Shown: piece by piece, positions 52,658 to 57,751 of the stretch
How the letters are laid out: each line of letters begins with the position of its first letter
Numbering within the stretch: the stretch's first letter is position 1
Assembly: GCA_040002695.1 (NCBI GenBank)
Contig: JBDUEA010000001.1
Coordinates: forward strand, 1-57,751
Source: Gemmatimonadota bacterium
GTDB taxonomy: Bacteria > Gemmatimonadota > Gemmatimonadetes > Gemmatimonadales > GWC2-71-9
DNA: 57,751 bases
Reading direction: 5' to 3'
Program-made: the position numbers and the translations under genes
Notes under the pieces: generated by a model
The model's database searches: none
The model's input: only the letters and a program-made list of their open reading frames with translations
What the model was told of the DNA's origin: nothing

Positions 52658-53368
52658 ATGTCACGCTACACCCCTCGCTCTAGTCCGGTGCTCGGTTTCA
52701 TCGGAGCTCTCCTGCTGGCATCCTGTCAGGCCGAGAGTCGGCTCGCGCCGAGCGATCCGGGTGGGCCGCCACCGGCGAACATTGCACCGTACGCCTTCTG
52801 CATGGTGAACCCGACCATCACCGTTGACTGCACCCAATCCGCGACTGGTGCTCTTGTACTTACCGTCGGCCCTGCCGGCGCGTTCGGTCTGATCCTGCCG
52901 AATGTGCAGGTGCAACTGCAAGGGCCCGCGGGCTATTCCAACACGCTCTTGAGTGACAACACCGGAACCGCCGGCGCTTCCAGCCTTCCACTCGGGCACT
53001 ATACGGCGACACTTGGGGCGGGTCTTCCGACCGGATGCAGCACGGGGCCATCACTAGCGTTCGACATTGTCGCGGCGACGACCACTACCACGGAAATTGA
53101 TGCAGCCTGCGATCCATTCCTCGGGCAAGTCATCTCCCCAACTCTGGGTCCTCTCGCTGGAGTCACCGTGCTCGCTTCCAACATCACGTTCGGAGATCTC
53201 GTGTTTCAGACAAGCGCCTCAGGTGGATTCAGCATAGATGTCTTCCGTGCGTACACGCTGACCATCACGGCTGGCCTACCTTCCGGCTGCACACCTCCGA
53301 GTCCGCGGTCAGTCCTGGTACTCCCCGGTTTGCATCAGTTGGTGACAATATCGGTTGATTGCCAGTAA
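52658..53368 (+). CDS. Lipoprotein with two internal Cys-containing Ig-like / carboxypeptidase-regulatory-like repeats (hypothetical)
   Basis: MSRYTPRSSPVLGFIGALLLASCQ (lipobox). There is an internal duplication (..GLPTGCSTGPS..IDAAC.. versus ..GLPSGCTPPSP..ISVDCQ). Confidence 0.6.
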   Translation: MSRYTPRSSPVLGFIGALLLASCQAESRLAPSDPGGPPPANIAPYAFCMVNPTITVDCTQSATGALVLTVGPAGAFGLILPNVQVQLQGPAGYSNTLLSDNTGTAGASSLPLGHYTATLGAGLPTGCSTGPSLAFDIVAATTTTTEIDAACDPFLGQVISPTLGPLAGVTVLASNITFGDLVFQTSASGGFSIDVFRAYTLTITAGLPSGCTPPSPRSVLVLPGLHQLVTISVDCQ

Positions 53369-53625
53369 ACGGAGGCCCGCAGTGTTCGCCGTTGGCCGCT
53401 GCTGCCCGTCGAGACACATCTCGCCCGGAGCAGCGGGTTCGAGGCGGACCGAAGGCCCACGAGTGCTGACCGCTACGCCTTGGATGTACCCTCGCGCGCG
53501 CGCGGATCCGGCTGCATCTTGGCTACGATGTGCACTCGGGCTCCACCTCGAAGAGCGCTCCATCAGCGCAGCCGATCCGAGAAAGAGTGGCGCATGAGTC
53601 CGACTCTTGAAGACAATTCCAAACG

Positions 53626-56358
53626 ATGACGCGCATCAGTCAGGCGGACTGGTCGATCCTCAGCGTGCTCCTTGACGAGGTGCTCGAGCTGCCGACAGAT
53701 GCTCGGCCGGCCTGGCTCGCCGAGCACCGAATCAGTGAGCCGATGCTTGTGGCGCAACTGGAGGAGTTGCTCGAACGGGAGGTCCTGGTCGATCGGGACG
53801 AGTTCCTCACCGAGCGCCGGGCGCCTCCGCTGCCGCCCGTCTCCACCCTGGCTGGTCAGACGCTCGGGGCCTACGTGCTCGAGCGGCCACTCGGCCAGGG
53901 CGGCATGGGCTCCGTATGGCTCGCGCGGAGAAGCGATGGACGCTTTCTGGGCGTCGCGGCAATCAAGTTCCTGAGTCTCGCGGTCGCCGGGCCCGCCGGC
54001 GAAGCTCGCTTCCGACGCGAAGGCAGCGTCCTCGCCCTGCTCGCTCATCCCAACATCGCACGACTGCTCGATGCCGGCGTGACGCCGGCCGGCCAACCGT
54101 ATCTCGTGCTCGAGTACGTGGACGGGCAGCCTCTCGACGCCTGGTGCGACACGCATCGGCTGCCGGTCGAAGGACGCCTTCGTCTCTTCGGGCAGGTGAT
54201 GGCGGCGGTCGCGCATGCGCACGCGAACTTCATCGTCCACCGCGATCTCAAGCCGGCGAATATTCTGGTGACCGCCGACGGAATCGTCAAACTGCTCGAC
54301 TTCGGTATCGCCAAGCTGCTCGAAGAGGGTCAAGGGTCGGCGAGCGCGCTGACCGGTTCGCACGAGTCGGTACTCACGTTCAAATACGCGTCGCCGGAGC
54401 AGATCCGGGGTGATCCGATCACGGCGGCGAGCGACGGGTACAGTCTCGGCGTGATTCTCTACGAGCTGCTCGGAGGCCGGCACCCGACCAGTGGTGACTC
54501 TCATACGCCGGCCGAGCACGTTGTATCGATTCTCAACACTGATCCCCCCCAGCTTTCACGTGCGGTTACTCCGAGCGCCAGGTTTGCACGCGAGGATGCG
54601 CTCCGAATCTCGGAAGCGCGTGATGCGTCGCCGGAGAAACTGCACCGCGTCTTCACAGGCGATCTCGACAACATTCTCTCGAGGGCCCTGAAGAAGTCGG
54701 CGGGGGAACGCTATCCCACCGTCGAGGCGCTCGCCGAGGATATCCGCCGTTACCTCGAACACGAGCCGGTCGCGGCGCGGCCCACGTCGATGGCGTATCG
54801 GGCTTCACGGTTCATCCGGCGCAATCGAGCGACGATGGCGGTGGTCAGCGTGGCGGCAGCGGGACTGCTGGCGGCCACGGGCTTTTCGATCGAGCAGATG
54901 CGGGAGGCGCGCCGGCAGCGGGATGGTGCCGTTCGGGAAACACTTCGGGCCGATGGAGTGCTGCAGTTTCAGAATCAGTTGATCTCGCACGTGGGAGATC
55001 AGCCGATGACCATGAGGCAGATCGTGGACCGCGGCGTCGAGTTGCTCAATCATCGGCACGTCGTGGATCGCGCCAGCGAAGCGGAAGTGGTGCTCTCGCT
55101 GTCCAGCATTTATACGGAACTGGGCGACATGCTCCAGGCGAGAGGCATGCTGGCGCGGGCGGAATCTCTGGCCGCCGCGGACGGCCAGGTAGAACTCCTG
55201 ACTCAGATTCGATGCGCGAGCGCGATTCGCCTGACCGAGATGGGTCGGGGAGATTCCGCCAGTCTCGAGATGGCCGCCTACGATCGCCTCGCGAGGGCCG
55301 GATCCCGATTCGATACGAAGACGATCGCGATCTGTCTCGATGCCCGGGCGACCGGACAGATGTACCTCCATCACCTGGATAGCGCGCTCATAACCTGGCA
55401 GAGCGCCCGAAGCATGCTCGAGGCACAGGCGCTCACTCGGTCAAGCACTTATCTCGCGATACTGGGTCACCTCGGTACCGCGCTCGAAAGTGAGAATCGG
55501 ATGCGGGAGGTAGTCGCGCTCCGACAACGCTCGATTGCGATTCAGGACAGCCTCGGTGAAAGTGGCACCTACCAGCAACTCGTCGACCAGGGTGCGCTCT
55601 CTTTTGCTCTCCTCGCCTCCGGTGAAGTGGCCGAGGCGGAACGATTCTCCCAGCAATCGGGCGTGCAGCTCGAACTCTCGCCAACGCCCGCCTACGCCGT
55701 CGGAATCGCGACGAATCGTGCGTCGATCACATTCCAGATGGGATGGCCGGACAGTTCGCTGGTGTGGTTCACGCGCGCGGCCCAATTCACCGAGCAGCTG
55801 CATAGCTCGTCGAGGGAACGTCGGGCATTATTCGGGAGAGGGCGAGCCGAGACTGCACTCGGCCGGCTATCGGATGCGCGGCTGACCTTGAACCGCATCC
55901 GTGGACTGAGGGACAGCGCGAGCGCTTCCCGGGAAGAACTCCACTTGCTCGCCTGGTTGCGACGCGCCGAGGGCAATTTCTCCGCGGCGGATACTGCCTT
56001 GACGATGATCCTGGAGCGGGATGGCTACTTCCGGGGAGAATCGGATCCGGAGCCGGGCCTTCGCCTCGTCCTGATTGCAGCCGCCGACGTGGCACTCAAG
56101 CTGGGGGACGCGAAACGCTCGCTCAAACTGGCCGGCGACGCTCGGCGTATCGCGGCCTTCGATTCGACCGCGGAGTCGCGAAGCATGTATGTCGGCGAAG
56201 CGCGATTGATGGAGGCGCGGGGATATCTCGCGCAAGGCGACACGGTGCAGGCGGTCGGTCTGCTTTCGCGGGCACTTCCCGCGCTTCGGGTCGGCGCGGG
56301 TCCAGGTCACCCGATGACTCGGACAGCAGAGAACCTGCTCGCCTCCCTTCGCCCGTAA
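53626..56358 (+). CDS. Ser/Thr protein kinase with an N-terminal sigma-linked extension, a TM segment and a large TPR-like C-terminal domain
   Basis: Kinase motifs: GQGGMGSVWLARR, AIKFL, HRDLKPANILV, DFGIAKL, SPEQ. Then a TM segment (MAVVSVAAAGLLAATGF) and helical repeats. Confidence 0.9.
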   Translation: MTRISQADWSILSVLLDEVLELPTDARPAWLAEHRISEPMLVAQLEELLEREVLVDRDEFLTERRAPPLPPVSTLAGQTLGAYVLERPLGQGGMGSVWLARRSDGRFLGVAAIKFLSLAVAGPAGEARFRREGSVLALLAHPNIARLLDAGVTPAGQPYLVLEYVDGQPLDAWCDTHRLPVEGRLRLFGQVMAAVAHAHANFIVHRDLKPANILVTADGIVKLLDFGIAKLLEEGQGSASALTGSHESVLTFKYASPEQIRGDPITAASDGYSLGVILYELLGGRHPTSGDSHTPAEHVVSILNTDPPQLSRAVTPSARFAREDALRISEARDASPEKLHRVFTGDLDNILSRALKKSAGERYPTVEALAEDIRRYLEHEPVAARPTSMAYRASRFIRRNRATMAVVSVAAAGLLAATGFSIEQMREARRQRDGAVRETLRADGVLQFQNQLISHVGDQPMTMRQIVDRGVELLNHRHVVDRASEAEVVLSLSSIYTELGDMLQARGMLARAESLAAADGQVELLTQIRCASAIRLTEMGRGDSASLEMAAYDRLARAGSRFDTKTIAICLDARATGQMYLHHLDSALITWQSARSMLEAQALTRSSTYLAILGHLGTALESENRMREVVALRQRSIAIQDSLGESGTYQQLVDQGALSFALLASGEVAEAERFSQQSGVQLELSPTPAYAVGIATNRASITFQMGWPDSSLVWFTRAAQFTEQLHSSSRERRALFGRGRAETALGRLSDARLTLNRIRGLRDSASASREELHLLAWLRRAEGNFSAADTALTMILERDGYFRGESDPEPGLRLVLIAAADVALKLGDAKRSLKLAGDARRIAAFDSTAESRSMYVGEARLMEARGYLAQGDTVQAVGLLSRALPALRVGAGPGHPMTRTAENLLASLRP

Positions 56359-56548
56359 CGACTCGTTCGATAAAATCTCACCGTAGCCCGCGCGCTGATG
56401 GCGCGGGCTCTCGCCTTCCTCGCCGGGCCGGCCGCCCGGCGCGTCGCACGGGCTCGCTTCCGTGCCGCCGGTCATTGCGCCGCGGATCAGCGGACCATAA
56501 AGTGGCTTCTGGATGAACCGGCTTCTCCCCCCTCCCTCTGAGGACTTT

Positions 56549-57217
56549 ATGTTTCGCCTCGCACGCTCGACCACTCGCGCGACGCTGGGAATCACGGCCC
56601 TGATTTCGCTCGCTGCGGGCCAGGCGAACGCGCAACATCTCTCGATTGCGCCGACCATCGGGATCTACGCACCGACCACGGACCTGGTGAACAGCCTCAT
56701 CAACGGAGACACCGTCGCCTTCAAGCAGAAGGTCGGCCTCGCGCTGGGCGGACGCCTCGGCCTCTGGTTCGGCCGGCGCTTCGGCATCTCGGTCACCGGC
56801 GCCTTCGTCCCCAGCAAACTGCAGGCGACGGTTACCCAGACCGGCGTGCAGACCCAGGGCCAGCAGAACAGCGATCTCTGGTTCGGCACCGGACGCGTGA
56901 ATCTCTGGCTGCTGCCGCCGACGGGAATTCTCTCGGTGGGCGTGAACGGCGGGGTGGGTGTGGTGGGGCGGGGAAAGACGACCATCGACGATCCGAGCAA
57001 CCCCGGGTCGAGCCTGACGGATCCTTCGCGCACGGATATCGGCGGAGTCGCCGGCGCGACCGTCGGGGTGAACCTGGGTGGACTCGGGCTATTCGTCTCT
57101 GCGGATGATTACATCTACAACCCGAAGGTCTTCACGCAGCTCGGGGCGAAGCCGACAAGGCAGAACGATATCCAGATTTCGTTCGGGCTGGGGGTGCCAC
57201 TGGGCGGGAAGATGTAG
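56549..57217 (+). CDS. Small outer-membrane beta-barrel protein (OmpW/OmpA-barrel-like)
   Basis: MFRLARSTTRATLGITALISLAAGQANAQ is a signal peptide. Gly-rich alternating strands are present. The track ORF starts at 56513. Confidence 0.65.
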   Translation: MFRLARSTTRATLGITALISLAAGQANAQHLSIAPTIGIYAPTTDLVNSLINGDTVAFKQKVGLALGGRLGLWFGRRFGISVTGAFVPSKLQATVTQTGVQTQGQQNSDLWFGTGRVNLWLLPPTGILSVGVNGGVGVVGRGKTTIDDPSNPGSSLTDPSRTDIGGVAGATVGVNLGGLGLFVSADDYIYNPKVFTQLGAKPTRQNDIQISFGLGVPLGGKM

Positions 57218-57279
57218 CAGGCTGTTCCGTCCGCGCCTGGCCCGCTCCGGAGTCGATAGCATCGGGTCGCACTAAAAGC

Positions 57280-57311
57280 CTCGAGGGCCGGCGCATGCGC
57301 CGGCCCTCGAA
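57280..57311 (+). terminator. GC-rich hairpin after the barrel gene (weak T tract)
   Basis: CTCGAGGGCCGGCGC / GCGCCGGCCCTCGA: about a 14-bp stem around a GCATGC centre, followed by AGCGTTTCC. Confidence 0.5.
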
Positions 57312-57403
57312 GCGTTTCCGGGCAGGCCGGCCTCCACCGCGCCTCATCTAGCCGCGGTCCGCGCCTACCAATATGTTGCGCCTTCACCTGAGAAAGATTC
57401 GTC

Positions 57404-57519
57404 GTGATCGCTTTACCGGAACGGCTCCCCGCATCGCTCGCAGACCGTTACCGGATCGAGCGGGAACCCGGTGGCGGCGGCATGTCGCGCGTGTACCTGG
57501 CAGAGGAGCTTGCCCTCCC
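57404..57519 (+). pseudogene. 5' fragment of a Ser/Thr kinase gene (first ~38 codons only), reading in frame into a repeat array
   Basis: It translates to VIALPERLPASLADRYRIEREPGGGGMSRVYLAEELAL. This matches the N-termini of the kinases at 49215 and 57678 up to the glycine loop. The sequence then becomes 27-nt repeats and no kinase core follows. Confidence 0.6.
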
Positions 57520-57622
57520 GGTCGTCGTTAGGGTGCTGGCTCGGGTGGTCGTCGTAAAGGTGCTGGCTCAGGTGGTCGTCGCTAAAACGACGGCTCGGCT
57601 GGTGTCGCTGAAGCGACAGGGG
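57520..57622 (+). repeat. Array of 27-nt units (3 x 27 nt plus a 22-nt terminal unit) related to 49063-49176
   Basis: GGTCGTCGTTAGGGTGCTGGCTCGGGT / GGTCGTCGTAAAGGTGCTGGCTCAGGT / GGTCGTCGCTAAAACGACGGCTCGGCT / GGTGTCGCTGAAGCGACAGGGG. The last two units match 49090-49116 and 49156-49176 almost base for base. Confidence 0.9.
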
Positions 57623-57677
57623 AACCAGTCGGCTAGTTCTATACACGCTGCGTGGTCAGCACTCGGGAGGCCGGCCC

Positions 57678-57751
57678 ATGGCTGAGTCCCTCAACAGTCT
57701 CACCGACGCTCTGTCCGACCGCTACCGCATCGAGCGCGAGCTCGGGCAGGG
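57678..57751 (+). CDS. Ser/Thr protein kinase, 5' end only (runs off the window)
   Basis: MAESLNSLTDALSDRYRIERELGQG matches the N-terminus of the kinase at 49215 (VAEAFHTLAAALADRYRLERELGQGG). Confidence 0.75.
   Translation, partial: MAESLNSLTDALSDRYRIERELGQ

Noticed and set aside
57404-57685. The 93-aa ORF as a bona fide small protein
   Set aside because: Its first third is a truncated kinase N-terminus and the rest is in-frame translation of the 27-nt repeat array. A pseudogene or repeat artefact is more likely.
1-57751. Mobile genetic element, prophage, integron, toxin-antitoxin or known defence-system genes
   Set aside because: No transposase, integrase, recombinase, reverse transcriptase, phage structural, restriction-modification or recognisable toxin-antitoxin motifs were seen in any listed translation. 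No tRNA gene or direct-repeat att-like boundary was noticed. The window looks like core chromosome with lineage-specific repeats.

Overview
This is a 57.75-kb, visibly high-GC, gene-dense bacterial chromosomal segment. I call about 55 protein genes. I found no rRNA, tRNA, CRISPR array, transposase, integrase or phage gene.

All homology calls come from reading the supplied translations and recalling family motifs. No search or computation was run. Coordinates were anchored on the ORF track.

Taxonomy is inference only. The protein repertoire suggests a soil Gemmatimonadota- or Acidobacteriota-like organism: several Ser/Thr kinases with TolB_N-like plus TPR sensor parts, a TIGR02999-type ECF sigma factor, an LVIVD propeller and an OmpL-like porin.

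Functional blocks, in order:
- Polyamine module: a Tat-lipoprotein PotD/PotF-like binding protein and a PatA-type putrescine aminotransferase, convergent with a porin.
- HEAT-repeat protein and several small hypothetical genes.
- RND efflux operon in the unusual order pump, TolC-like, adaptor, followed by an orphan HExxH secreted protein.
- M14 carboxypeptidase, Bcp peroxiredoxin, a TolB-like propeller and two tandem signal peptidase I genes.
- MFS pump, cupredoxin, and a TPR/TolB_N-like lipoprotein paired with an outer-membrane barrel.
- LivJ-like binding protein translationally coupled to a methyl-accepting chemotaxis protein (MCP).
- Smr, CspA, Ogt, and a Big_2 plus LVIVD propeller protein.
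- YhaM-like OB/HD nuclease, GT4 glycosyltransferase, YceI and a minor pilin.
- Coupled operon of AraC-like regulator, CheY-like regulator, MerR-like protein and LemA, followed by an M48 protease and a PlsB-like acyltransferase.
- Aldolase/SDR fusion protein.
- Ser/Thr-kinase and ECF-sigma cluster.

The most unusual signals are non-coding:
1. A family of in-phase heptamer and nonamer tandem arrays fills many intergenic gaps. In one case the array encodes a signal peptide.
2. Near-identical arrays of 27-nt stem-loop units lie just upstream of two paralogous kinase genes. One array is fused to a kinase 5' fragment.
3. A 628-nt gene-free spacer carries a palindrome, local hairpins and a strong plus-strand terminator. 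It is a candidate unannotated ncRNA.
4. An intrinsic terminator lies 22 nt upstream of the porin start codon, suggesting an attenuator or sRNA.
5. A lipoprotein appears to need an AUC start codon.
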